From Muribaculaceae bacterium (GTDB lineage Bacteria > Bacteroidota > Bacteroidia > Bacteroidales > Muribaculaceae), in contig JAZLAU010000023.1 of the NCBI GenBank assembly GCA_045613305.1, positions 59,131-123,130 of the forward strand: 64,000 nucleotides of DNA, given 5' to 3'. The position numbers were made by a program, and so were the translations under genes. Below the pieces are notes generated by a model. That model saw only the letters and a list, made by a program, of their open reading frames with translations. It was not told where the DNA came from and made no database searches. Positions 37,845-47,642 of this stretch are shown piece by piece (the stretch's first letter is position 1; each line of letters begins with the position of its first letter).

Positions 37845-38120
37845 ATGTATCTAGATTCTGAAAAAAAGAAAGCAATCTTTGAGACATACGGTGCAAGCAA
37901 TACTGATACTGGCTCACCTGAAGCGCAGATAGCATTATTCTCAATTCGTATTTCTCACTTGACTCAACACTTGAAGTCAAACCACAAAGATTATAACACA
38001 CAACGTGCGTTGAAGAAATTGGTAGGTAAGCGTCGTCGTTTGTTGGATTATCTAATCCGCACTGACATCAACCGCTACCGTGCTATCGTAGCAAAGAAGG
38101 AACTTGGTATCCGTCACTAA
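37845..38120 (+). CDS. rpsO: 30S ribosomal protein S15
   Basis: 91 aa. ...TGSPEAQIALFSIRISHLTQHLKSNHKDYNTQRALKKLVGKRRRLLDYL... Confidence 0.97.
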   Translation: MYLDSEKKKAIFETYGASNTDTGSPEAQIALFSIRISHLTQHLKSNHKDYNTQRALKKLVGKRRRLLDYLIRTDINRYRAIVAKKELGIRH

Positions 38121-38145
38121 TTTCTGGTGTTAAGAAATGAATTTA

Positions 38146-38180
38146 TGGCGTTGCAGAATTTCTGCGACGCCAATTTTTTT
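38146..38180 (+). terminator. intrinsic terminator after rpsO
   Basis: TGGCGTTGCAG, loop AATTT, then CTGCGACGCCA (one G:U pair), followed by A and T7. Confidence 0.85.
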
Positions 38181-38319
38181 GCATACTATGTGATTGTTGT
38201 GTAATGTTGACGGTTTTTGTGTTTTTTGGCATGAAAAATTTAGTGATGTTTGGAAAATTGCGTATCTTTATTGTTTAAATAAATAGTAGGCTAAATTTTG
38301 CTAACAAGGTATATATTTA

Positions 38320-41300
38320 ATGTTTCAATCGATAAAAAATAGAGCATTGCGCATAGCACTAAAAGCAATGTTTGCGATATTGGCAATTGTAATACTTTTG
38401 CCTACGATGCTATATATACCTTTTGTGCAGACTTGGGTGAAAGATGTGGCCTGTAAAGAATTGAGCGAGTCAACTGGTTGGAATGTGAAAATAGGAAGTT
38501 TGTCGCTTAAATTCCCGATAGACATTAACATTGAGGATGTGTTAGTTCTATATGAAAATTCTGACACGATGCTATCGGCTGAGAGGTTGGTGCTCGATGT
38601 TGAAATGTTGCCGTTGATGGCACTTGATGTTGTGGTAAATGATGCTCAATTGATTGGGGCTCAGTATAATATGGTTAGCGAGGATTCGTCGATGATACTT
38701 GCTGCAAAACTGCACAATGTGTCGTTTGATGTAGCAGATATTGCGATAAGCCAAAGCGACGCTAAACTTGGCAATGTGGATTTGAGCGGAGGTGATATTA
38801 GGTTGATGTATTGTCCTGAAAAAGTGGATGATACTCAAGAAGAAAGTGCTCCGGTTGAATGGAAAGTGGGTGCTGACAACATTGCAATTAATGATGTGAG
38901 ATTTGCCATGCAGATGTTGCCAACAATCGATAGCCTTGATGTGAAAATAGGCTTGGCTAAATTAGAAAAGTGCAAAGTGGATATGTCGACATGTAAAGTG
39001 GATGCTTCGTACTTTGGGCTTGATAGTTTGGACGTTAAGTATATTTATCAGAATGTTGCAGTTGCTGCCGAAGAACCCAATGAGACACCAGTGGAAGACA
39101 AGTCGCAAACATGGACTATAGAGGGCGGAAAACTTAAGGTGCAGAATTCAAGTGTGGTGTATGCTTTGAAGGAAGCCAAGCCTGCAGATGGTCTGGATAT
39201 GAATTACTTGTCGCTTTCGGATATAAATTTTGAAATCGATAGCCTGTATAATAGAGGAACCGACATTACTGTGCCGCTAAAGCATATAAGTGCAAAAGAG
39301 CGATGCGGATTGTTTGTAACCGATGGTAAAGGCACTTTTAAGATTGACAGCGAAGAGATGGATATCGATAAGTTTGCCTTAAAAACTGTGTTGTCGACAA
39401 TTTCGGTTGATGGCAATTTAGACATGTCGGTGTTTGAAACTCCGTCGGAAGGCAACATTAATCTTGATGCCAACGCTCAAATTGATATTGTTGACGTTGA
39501 GGTTATGTATCCGATTTTCAAAGGTTATTTTGGTGCAGTGCCTCGCAAGCGTCCAATAGAACTGGTGGCAAAGGTGGCAGGAACAGCGGCAAAATTAGAT
39601 GTGAAGGAAGTGTCGGTTAATTTACCCAAGTATGCATTTGCTGAAATAACTGGCGAAATTACTAATGTAATGGAGTCGGAAAAACTTGGCGGAGAATTAG
39701 CAATGGTAGGCCGATTTGACAATATTAATTTCGTTAAACCTACTATTCTCGATGCAAAACTTAGTAAGCAAGTGCATTTTCCGGCAATTGACTTAATTGG
39801 GCATGCCTCAATGCGCGGAAATAAAATGTCGGGAGATGTTGACTTAACCTTAGAAACAGGCCAAGCTGTGGGTAGCGCTGAATTTAATACGGCAAACGAT
39901 GCCTATGAGGTGTCATTGGATTTGGCCGATATGCCAATACATGCAGTTTTGCCTTTTAGCGACTTTGGCGACTTAACAGCGAGCATAACGGCAAAGGGTA
40001 AGGGATTTGACCTAATGGACAAGTCAACGGAATTGGAGGCAAACTTGATTGTTGACCATTTGGGCTATGACGGAGTGGACTATAAAGATGTGAAATGCGA
40101 TGTATCGCTAAGTAGCGGCACTTTCGTGGCTAACTTTGATTCAAATAATCCCAATCTGGATTTTACTCTTGGATGTGGCGGTGAACTTGCTGAGAATCAT
40201 TATGTGGTGGCATTAGACTGCGATGTTCGCGATTTGGACTTATATGCGCTTAAGTTGATGGATGTGCGAACAAATGGTCGCGGTCGAATTAATGCATTTG
40301 GAGACATTGATTTGAGCAATAATCATTATGATTTGACGGCTGAAATTCAAAGTTTAAAGTTGGCATACGATACAATAGACCTTAATACCTCGTCGGTGTC
40401 GATGCAATTTTTGAGTGGCGATTCTACAATATCGGCGCAATTAGATAATGAAGATTTATCGGTCGACTTCACGTCGCAAGTCGGTATCGATCAATTTGTG
40501 GAAAGTGCTATTGGCTGCTATGATGTGGCGATGAAGCAGGTAGAAAGAATATCGCTGAATATCGACACGTTGCAAGAAGCATTGCCGCCGTTTGCTTGTG
40601 AAATAGAGATGGGCCGAAAGGGTTTGGTGCCTCAATATCTGAAATATTCAGGCATTGAGATGCGAGACATGAATCTGCAACTCTATAACGATAGCACAGT
40701 GTATGGGCGGGGTGTGATTCATCGTTTGAATGCATTCGGAACAGAACTTGACACGATAACGGCGAAACTGGTTCAGACAGGAAAGTATTTGGATTATCGT
40801 TTTCATGTGGGTAATCGACCCGGAACGCTCGACAATTTTGCATCGGTAACCTTAATGGGAGGTGTGTTGGGAAGCAGATTGTCGACTATTTACGATGTGA
40901 AAGACATCAGGCAGAGCACGGGATATCATTTTGGAACGCATGCCGATTTAAATGATTCGATAGTTAAAGTGAATATATTTACTCCAAAACCACGCATTGG
41001 TTATCACGATTGGAGTGTTAACGAAGGCAATTATGTTCAGTATAACTATAAAAATCAGCACCTTGATGCTGATTTGACCCTTGACGGCGGAAGTTCGGGC
41101 GTTATAAGATTGTTTACCGACTTGGCGCAAAGTGAACTTCACGACCACGAGCAAGAACAGGTTAACTTGCAGATGAAAGGCATTAAAATCGATGAATGGA
41201 TTTCAATGCTCCCATTTATGCCCGACATGAGCGGAGAATTGTCGACCGATATGAAGATAGCCTACAAGGGTAATCAGTTTTGGGGCGAAGGCGATGTGGA

Positions 41301-43161
41301 ATTGAAGGATTATAAATATGAAGGAGAACGAGTAGGCGACTTCAATTTGAATGCTTTGATGACGCTTGACCCGAAAACCGGAAATACTAACCTTGAATCG
41401 TATATGAATGTCAACGGCGCAAGGGTTATGTTTGCAGCAGGCGTGCTTAATGACTCTACAGCAACAAGCCCAATGTCGCTTAAGTTGGATATTGATAAGT
41501 TCCCTATATCGACCGTTACCGCCTTTATACCTAACGGCATAGCAGAGTTGCAGGGTTATTTGAATGGAGAAATGAGTATGTCGGGCTCTTTCGACAAGCC
41601 AATTTTAACAGGTGTTGTTAAGGCTGAAGATGGCGCAATATATGTGCCCATGTTCGGGTCAAAGATTTTGTTCCCATCAACCGACATTCCAGTTGATTCA
41701 GGAATTGTTATGCTCAATAAATATGCTTTGTTGAGTTGTAACGACAAGCCGTTGGTGATAGATGGTCATATTGACATAAGAGACATGTCGAATGCATATG
41801 TAGACATGTCGATAAAAGGTCGCAATGTTCAGTTTGTAGATAGCAAGCAGATAAAGAAATCGCAATTGTTTGGTAGAGGTTTCGCCAATGTAGATGCAAC
41901 AGCCAAGGGCCGATTGAGTGCATTATACGTAAATGCAAATGTGGCATTGTTGTCGGGTAGCAATTTGACTTATGTGTTGCAAGATGATGTGAGTGAAATT
42001 GTTACCGAAACAAATCCCGATATGGTGCATTTTGTTCAGTTTGATGATTCAACGAGTGTATATGGAGATTCATTGTTGCAGAATCAGTCGTTTGGAATGA
42101 GCATTAATGCAAGTTTAACATTGCAGCAAGGAAACACCATCAATGCATATTTGTCGACCGATGGCAAGAATAGAGTGCAAGTTCAATCGAATGGAACGTT
42201 GAATTATGCTCAAGGATTTTCTGGCGACCCACGAGTAACTGGCCAATTGAATGTTGACAATGGTTATGTCAAGTATACTCCGCCATTGATTAAAGAGGTA
42301 GACTTTAAGATTAAGGAGGGAAGTTATTTGTCGTTTACGGGCAACATGATGAATCCTACATTAAATTTCTTAGCAGAAGAAAAATATAAGGCTTCCGTAT
42401 CGGGCGATGGCATGACATCGCATTTGGTAGATTTTATCATTGCATGTAAAGTGGGAGGTACATTGTCGCAAATGGATGTTTCGTTTGATTTGAACACTAA
42501 TGACGATTTGACCGTTCAGAATGAGTTGCAGTCGATGTCACAACAGCAGCGCTCAGCACAAGCAATGAATCTAATGCTCTATGGAAGTTACACCGGAACC
42601 AATACGTCGACCATGACCAATAATGCGCTTTATTCGTTCTTGAATTCGCAATTGAACAGTTGGGCGGCGAGTGCGATAAAGGGCGTGGACCTATCGTTTG
42701 GCATCAACCAATATGATAAAGCCGGCGATGGTGTGTCGACTGTGACAAGTTATAGTTATAATTTGTCGAAATCGCTGTTTAACGACCGATTTAAGATTGT
42801 AGTGGGAGGAAACTATAACACCGATGCGAGTGCTGAAGATAATTTGTCGGAAAATTTGATTAGCGATGTTTCGATAGAATATTTGCTTAACAGTTCGGGA
42901 AGCATGTATGCACGTTTGTTCCGCCATACTGGATTTGAAAGTATACTTGAGGGGCAAGTGGTAGAAACAGGTGTGGGCTTTGTCTTAAAGCGTAAACTTT
43001 CGAACCTGAAGCATATATTTAAATTCAGGCCAAGCATAAGGGGTGGCGCACGCAATATGCCTACAAATAAGATGCAATTAACATTGCCATCCGATAGTGT
43101 GTCGCAGCCAAAGGATAGTGTTAAAACAAATGTGAGTGAACGTGATGGGCAGGAAAAATAG
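38320..43161 (+). CDS. tamB: translocation and assembly module protein TamB (AsmA-like, DUF490 C-terminus)
   Basis: 1613 aa. It has a single N-terminal TM anchor (ALKAMFAILAIVILLPTMLYIPF), a long beta-rich repetitive body and a C-terminal DUF490-like region. An Omp85 gene follows immediately and overlaps it. Confidence 0.78.
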   Translation: MFQSIKNRALRIALKAMFAILAIVILLPTMLYIPFVQTWVKDVACKELSESTGWNVKIGSLSLKFPIDINIEDVLVLYENSDTMLSAERLVLDVEMLPLMALDVVVNDAQLIGAQYNMVSEDSSMILAAKLHNVSFDVADIAISQSDAKLGNVDLSGGDIRLMYCPEKVDDTQEESAPVEWKVGADNIAINDVRFAMQMLPTIDSLDVKIGLAKLEKCKVDMSTCKVDASYFGLDSLDVKYIYQNVAVAAEEPNETPVEDKSQTWTIEGGKLKVQNSSVVYALKEAKPADGLDMNYLSLSDINFEIDSLYNRGTDITVPLKHISAKERCGLFVTDGKGTFKIDSEEMDIDKFALKTVLSTISVDGNLDMSVFETPSEGNINLDANAQIDIVDVEVMYPIFKGYFGAVPRKRPIELVAKVAGTAAKLDVKEVSVNLPKYAFAEITGEITNVMESEKLGGELAMVGRFDNINFVKPTILDAKLSKQVHFPAIDLIGHASMRGNKMSGDVDLTLETGQAVGSAEFNTANDAYEVSLDLADMPIHAVLPFSDFGDLTASITAKGKGFDLMDKSTELEANLIVDHLGYDGVDYKDVKCDVSLSSGTFVANFDSNNPNLDFTLGCGGELAENHYVVALDCDVRDLDLYALKLMDVRTNGRGRINAFGDIDLSNNHYDLTAEIQSLKLAYDTIDLNTSSVSMQFLSGDSTISAQLDNEDLSVDFTSQVGIDQFVESAIGCYDVAMKQVERISLNIDTLQEALPPFACEIEMGRKGLVPQYLKYSGIEMRDMNLQLYNDSTVYGRGVIHRLNAFGTELDTITAKLVQTGKYLDYRFHVGNRPGTLDNFASVTLMGGVLGSRLSTIYDVKDIRQSTGYHFGTHADLNDSIVKVNIFTPKPRIGYHDWSVNEGNYVQYNYKNQHLDADLTLDGGSSGVIRLFTDLAQSELHDHEQEQVNLQMKGIKIDEWISMLPFMPDMSGELSTDMKIAYKGNQFWGEGDVELKDYKYEGERVGDFNLNALMTLDPKTGNTNLESYMNVNGARVMFAAGVLNDSTATSPMSLKLDIDKFPISTVTAFIPNGIAELQGYLNGEMSMSGSFDKPILTGVVKAEDGAIYVPMFGSKILFPSTDIPVDSGIVMLNKYALLSCNDKPLVIDGHIDIRDMSNAYVDMSIKGRNVQFVDSKQIKKSQLFGRGFANVDATAKGRLSALYVNANVALLSGSNLTYVLQDDVSEIVTETNPDMVHFVQFDDSTSVYGDSLLQNQSFGMSINASLTLQQGNTINAYLSTDGKNRVQVQSNGTLNYAQGFSGDPRVTGQLNVDNGYVKYTPPLIKEVDFKIKEGSYLSFTGNMMNPTLNFLAEEKYKASVSGDGMTSHLVDFIIACKVGGTLSQMDVSFDLNTNDDLTVQNELQSMSQQQRSAQAMNLMLYGSYTGTNTSTMTNNALYSFLNSQLNSWAASAIKGVDLSFGINQYDKAGDGVSTVTSYSYNLSKSLFNDRFKIVVGGNYNTDASAEDNLSENLISDVSIEYLLNSSGSMYARLFRHTGFESILEGQVVETGVGFVLKRKLSNLKHIFKFRPSIRGGARNMPTNKMQLTLPSDSVSQPKDSVKTNVSERDGQEK

Positions 43162-45466
43162 AATAGGATTAAGAATATTGTTATATGTGCTGATGGTTGT
43201 AGGGATTATGGGCATTGTGTCGTGTTCCACCACCAAGCGCATAGAAGAGGGTGAACTGTTGTATACTGGTGTGAAAAAATTAAATATCATGCCAAGTAAC
43301 GACTCTTTGCACCTTGTAGATGAGGTGGCGGAGGGTATATCAACAGCAATTAATGTTGCGCCAAATAATAGCCTTTATTCCCCATATTTGCGTCACCCGT
43401 TTCCTATAGGTTTATGGGTGTATAATCATTGGAACGATAGTGCCAAGGGATTGAAAGGGTGGTTATATAAGAAACTTGTTGAAGAGCCTGTTTTGGTGTC
43501 AACGGTTCGACCTGAACATAGAGTTGAGATGATAAATACGGTGTTGCAAGATAATGGATATTTTGATTCCAGAGCATCGTATGAGTTGGTTATGTCGGGA
43601 AAAAATAAGAAAAAGGCTCGCATACAATATAATGTCACAGTTCACGAACCGTATAAGATTAGCAGTGTGGGATATCTGAATAACGGCACAGAACTTGGAA
43701 ATAAAATTTATTCGTTGGCAAAAGCCGATAAATATTTAAAGCCTGGGAATCGTTATAGCATGGACTCTCTAAATGCTGTGCGAGTAAATATTGCCAATGT
43801 GTTGCGTAATCGTGGATATTTTTATTTTCGTCCGGAATATATTGAGTATTATGCTGATAGTACGATAAAAAAAGGTCAAATTGCTCTAAGGTTAAAACAG
43901 GCGCAAGGCATTCCTGCCAGGGCTTTAGAAAAATATTACACAGGAAACGTCACAACTGTGATAAATCGCTATATGGGTAGAGGAAAGCCTGATACTCTTG
44001 ACGTAGGCAATAAGGGCATTCTGATTAAGATGAATCCGGTTAGGGTTAAGGATGATGTTATGCCTCCAAGAATAGCATTCAGAAAGGGTAAAGTGTTTTC
44101 GGTTCGCGATATGAATGCTACGCAAAGCGGATTGTCGAGGTTAGGCATATTTAGTAGCATCGATATATCGGTGACACCGTTAGATTCGATAAAGCCGGGT
44201 CAGAATACGGTAGATGTGAATGTGAAATGCACTATGGACCAACCTATAGAAGCCAAGATTGAGGCTCAGGCCACATCGAAGTCAAATAGTTACATAGGCC
44301 CAGGCGTGTCGTTGGGTATTGCACATAAGAATTTGTTTGGCCGTGGTGAAATATTAAACACCGACTTAAACGCAAGTTATGAATGGGCTACGGGTGGCAA
44401 CAATGTTGAGGGCTATGATTATAATAGTTATGAATTTGGTTTGTCGTCAACATTGTCGGTGCCAAGATTATTAGCGCCCCGATTTATTGACCGCAGCCGT
44501 CGATATCAAAACTGGACAAAGTTCTCGCTGTCGGCCGAATTGCTTAACCGTCCAAGTTTCTTTAAAATGGTTCAATTTGGTGCCGGTGTTACTTGGCAGT
44601 GGCACAGCAGAAGATATTCTCTTAATGAGTTGGTCCCATTTAAGTTAACTTACACAAAGTTGCTTAACACAACCGAACAATTTAATGAAGCTATGCAAGG
44701 CAATCCGGCAGTGGCGTTAAGTTTTCGAGACCAATTTATTCCGGAGATGCAGTATAACTACACCTATGACCGTCAGTTTGGTGGAAGCAATTTGAATTTT
44801 AATGTGCAGTTTGTAGAGGCCGGAAATATATTTTCTGGAATCTGGTCGCTTTGTGGAGCCGATGGTGAGAAAAAATTATTTGGGACGCCATTTTCTCAGT
44901 TTGTAAAAGGTCAGGCTTCGGTGGTTTATGATTATGGAATAACATCGCAGCAACGATTGGTTAGCAGATTGCTAATAGGAGCAGCGCATGCATACGGAAA
45001 CTCAACACAAGTGCCATATAGAGAGCAATTTTATATTGGTGGAGCAAACTCGTTGAGAGCTTTTGCTGTTCGTTCAATTGGTCCGGGCAGTTATAGGCCT
45101 GACTCGAGCAATCCTAATGGATATTATGACCAAACAGGTACTTTTAAGTTTGAGTTAAATCTGGAATACCGTTTCCCAATATTTAGTTATTTTAAAGGTG
45201 CGGTGTTTTTGGATGCAGGAAACATCTGGTTGTTGAAAGCCGATGACTTGAGACCTGGAGGCGAATTAAGGATGAAAAATTTTGTTGACCAGTTGGCCGT
45301 AGGAACCGGTGTGGGATTGCGTTTTGATATGGATATGCTTGTTGTGAGAGGTGACTTGGGCTATGCAATACATGCACCTTATGAAACAGGCAAAAGAGGA
45401 TATTTCAATATGCCATCGTTTAAGAAATCGTTGGCTTTCCATTTGGCAATTGGGTATCCGTTTTAG
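43145..45466 (+). CDS. Omp85/BamA-family outer-membrane protein, lipidated (TamL-type partner of TamB)
   Basis: The N-terminus ...LLYVLMVVGIMGIVSCS has a lipobox Cys. There is a POTRA-like region and a C-terminal bacterial surface antigen (D15) barrel ending ...FHLAIGYPF. It overlaps the tamB stop by 17 nt. Confidence 0.78.
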   Translation: MGRKNRIGLRILLYVLMVVGIMGIVSCSTTKRIEEGELLYTGVKKLNIMPSNDSLHLVDEVAEGISTAINVAPNNSLYSPYLRHPFPIGLWVYNHWNDSAKGLKGWLYKKLVEEPVLVSTVRPEHRVEMINTVLQDNGYFDSRASYELVMSGKNKKKARIQYNVTVHEPYKISSVGYLNNGTELGNKIYSLAKADKYLKPGNRYSMDSLNAVRVNIANVLRNRGYFYFRPEYIEYYADSTIKKGQIALRLKQAQGIPARALEKYYTGNVTTVINRYMGRGKPDTLDVGNKGILIKMNPVRVKDDVMPPRIAFRKGKVFSVRDMNATQSGLSRLGIFSSIDISVTPLDSIKPGQNTVDVNVKCTMDQPIEAKIEAQATSKSNSYIGPGVSLGIAHKNLFGRGEILNTDLNASYEWATGGNNVEGYDYNSYEFGLSSTLSVPRLLAPRFIDRSRRYQNWTKFSLSAELLNRPSFFKMVQFGAGVTWQWHSRRYSLNELVPFKLTYTKLLNTTEQFNEAMQGNPAVALSFRDQFIPEMQYNYTYDRQFGGSNLNFNVQFVEAGNIFSGIWSLCGADGEKKLFGTPFSQFVKGQASVVYDYGITSQQRLVSRLLIGAAHAYGNSTQVPYREQFYIGGANSLRAFAVRSIGPGSYRPDSSNPNGYYDQTGTFKFELNLEYRFPIFSYFKGAVFLDAGNIWLLKADDLRPGGELRMKNFVDQLAVGTGVGLRFDMDMLVVRGDLGYAIHAPYETGKRGYFNMPSFKKSLAFHLAIGYPF

Positions 45467-45494
45467 ACATTGAATAATTATAATTAAAATTTTT

Positions 45495-46280
45495 ATGAAT
45501 AAAAAATTGTTGTTTGGATTGTTATGCACCGTAGTGTGCTTAACGGCGGTAGCACAGAAAAGTGTGCCTGAGTATAATGTTGTTTATAAACCGCAAGTCG
45601 ATTTGTCGGAATTTGAAAAAGACAAAGATGGTTATTATCACATCTTTGACGGAACTTCAACAAATGGATGGCGAGGTTACGGAAAGTCAAGATTACCTCA
45701 AGGGTGGTCGATAGAAGATGGTTGCTTAAAGTTCACACCAGGCAAAGATGGCGGCGACATAGTGTTTGCACACCGATTTGAAGACTTTGTGCTGGAGATT
45801 GAATGGAAAGTTTCAAAGGGGGCTAATTCAGGAATATTCTATTTGGCTCAAGAGGTGATGACTAAGCATGGCGACAGGATGCAAATGGAACCAATATATG
45901 TTTCATGTCCTGAATGTCAAGTGCTTGATAATGAAAATCATCCAGATGCAAAGTTGGGAGTAGATGGTAATCGAAAGTCGTCGTCGTTATATGATATGAT
46001 TCCGGCAAAACCACAAAATTCAAAGCCATGGGGCGAATGGAACAAGGTTAAAATAGTGGTTAAAGATGGTAAGGTTACGCACTATCAAAATGGTAAGAAA
46101 GTGCTAAGTTATGAGATGTGGAACGCAAAATGGCGCAAGATGGTTGACGATAGTAAGTTTGGCTCATCGAAGTGGCCAATAGCATATGAGTTGCTGACTA
46201 CTAAACACGATGGCTACATTGGTTTGCAAGACCATGGCGATGTGGTATGGTATAAAAATATAAAAGTGAAAGAGTTATGA
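45495..46280 (+). CDS. DUF1080 (3-keto-disaccharide hydrolase-like, concanavalin-type) secreted protein
   Basis: Signal MNKKLLFGLLCTVVCLTAVAQ. ...HIFDGTSTNGWRGYG...WSIEDGCLK..., ...FVLEIEWKVSKGANSGIFY..., ...GEWNKVKIVVKDGKVTHYQNG... and ...GYIGLQDHGDVVWYKNIKVKEL are hallmark DUF1080 blocks. Confidence 0.8.
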   Translation: MNKKLLFGLLCTVVCLTAVAQKSVPEYNVVYKPQVDLSEFEKDKDGYYHIFDGTSTNGWRGYGKSRLPQGWSIEDGCLKFTPGKDGGDIVFAHRFEDFVLEIEWKVSKGANSGIFYLAQEVMTKHGDRMQMEPIYVSCPECQVLDNENHPDAKLGVDGNRKSSSLYDMIPAKPQNSKPWGEWNKVKIVVKDGKVTHYQNGKKVLSYEMWNAKWRKMVDDSKFGSSKWPIAYELLTTKHDGYIGLQDHGDVVWYKNIKVKEL

Positions 46281-47626
46281 TAAGAAAATTGTTGATAGTC
46301 AGTGTTTTGGCTATGACTGTTACTGGGGCTAGTTCGCAAGATAGTCCTGCAAGAGATGAGTTGAAGTATCCAGAACCGATACTTGATGAGTCATGGCAAT
46401 TGGTGCATATGAAGCATAATTGCAGCAATCATAATGTGTATGTGTATAAAGACAAACTATATGATGCTTTGTTTACACGCACATTAGGATGGAATGGCGG
46501 AGATGGTGTTCAAACCACATTGCTTCCAGGAGGCCATTTGTTCTGGTCGTTTAATGATAGTTTTTATGGCACAGTTCAGAAGTCATTACGTTCTCGAATA
46601 AGTTCAAAGAACAATTTCCCTCGCAACACTATTATGGTGCAAAAAGCAGGGGCAGACGCTATGCCTTCGTCTGAGCAAGAATCGCTGATATGGTTAGCCG
46701 ATTTTGTTCAGACTACAAACAGCAGCCGAGATGACTACTATAAAGCTCGTACGCACATACGTCACCCTAAGGGCGAAAAAAGCGATGCGCAAATAGCAGC
46801 TGGAGATATCGACCAACAGTATTTGTATTGGGCAGGAGATGGAACAGTTGTAAATGGCCAGTTGCAGGTGTTGTGGGCAGGCGTTTATAATGGTACAGAA
46901 AACCTTATGCAAGCCGATAATAGGGCATTGGCAATTTATAGCCTTGAGGGCGAACCTGGTGATGAGTCATACTTGAAACTGATTTCAGTAGACCATAATT
47001 TCTTTGAATATGATCCGATTGGATATGGCAGCACATTGTGGGAAGATGAAGATGGACACACATATCTATATGCCGGTAATCAGTATTTCAAGACGCCAGA
47101 CGATATCATTAAAACTTGCGGCACGGTTGTGGCACGTTCAACCACACACGACTTGCGCTCGCAGTGGGAATACTATATAGCCGACGAAAACGGTAATTTT
47201 TCATGGCAAACTACTTATCCAACTGAAGCCGAGGTTAATCGTTCATCGATATGTGAAACATCGTTGTCGACAGCGTGGGTGTTTAAGAAGGGCGACTATT
47301 ATTATTTAACAGGACAGTCGTTCCCATATGGCAAGCAGTTGTATATAGCTCGTTCAAAGTCGCCATACGGTCCGTTTGTAAATCCTCATCAGCTTATGAC
47401 GATGCCAAATGTGCTTGATAAAGTTTCAACAAGAACCTATCAGCATTTTTACATGCCACATTTGCACATGGGGCTATCAAGAGAAGGTGAACTTGTATTT
47501 TCTTCGAATACCGATTGCGCCGAATTTGGCGATAATTTCGACAAAAGGGGTAGTGCCGATTTTTATAGGCCTTACTTCTTTAGAATATATAATTGGGAGA
47601 GCCTGTTTGAGGAAGATGGTATTTAA
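46277..47626 (+). CDS. secreted protein of unknown function, glycoside-hydrolase-like beta-propeller suspected (DUF4185/DUF5005-like; uncertain)
   Basis: Signal MIRKLLIVSVLAMTVTGASSQ. ...LGWNGGDGVQTTLLPGGHLFWSFNDSFYG..., ...YLYWAGDG..., ...YYYLTGQSF..., ...SADFYRPYFFRI... The ATG overlaps the stop of the DUF1080 gene (ATGA at 46277..46280). The family name is a recollection, not a search result. Confidence 0.6.
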   Translation: MIRKLLIVSVLAMTVTGASSQDSPARDELKYPEPILDESWQLVHMKHNCSNHNVYVYKDKLYDALFTRTLGWNGGDGVQTTLLPGGHLFWSFNDSFYGTVQKSLRSRISSKNNFPRNTIMVQKAGADAMPSSEQESLIWLADFVQTTNSSRDDYYKARTHIRHPKGEKSDAQIAAGDIDQQYLYWAGDGTVVNGQLQVLWAGVYNGTENLMQADNRALAIYSLEGEPGDESYLKLISVDHNFFEYDPIGYGSTLWEDEDGHTYLYAGNQYFKTPDDIIKTCGTVVARSTTHDLRSQWEYYIADENGNFSWQTTYPTEAEVNRSSICETSLSTAWVFKKGDYYYLTGQSFPYGKQLYIARSKSPYGPFVNPHQLMTMPNVLDKVSTRTYQHFYMPHLHMGLSREGELVFSSNTDCAEFGDNFDKRGSADFYRPYFFRIYNWESLFEEDGI

Positions 47627-47642
47627 AAAAACGATGTGAGTT

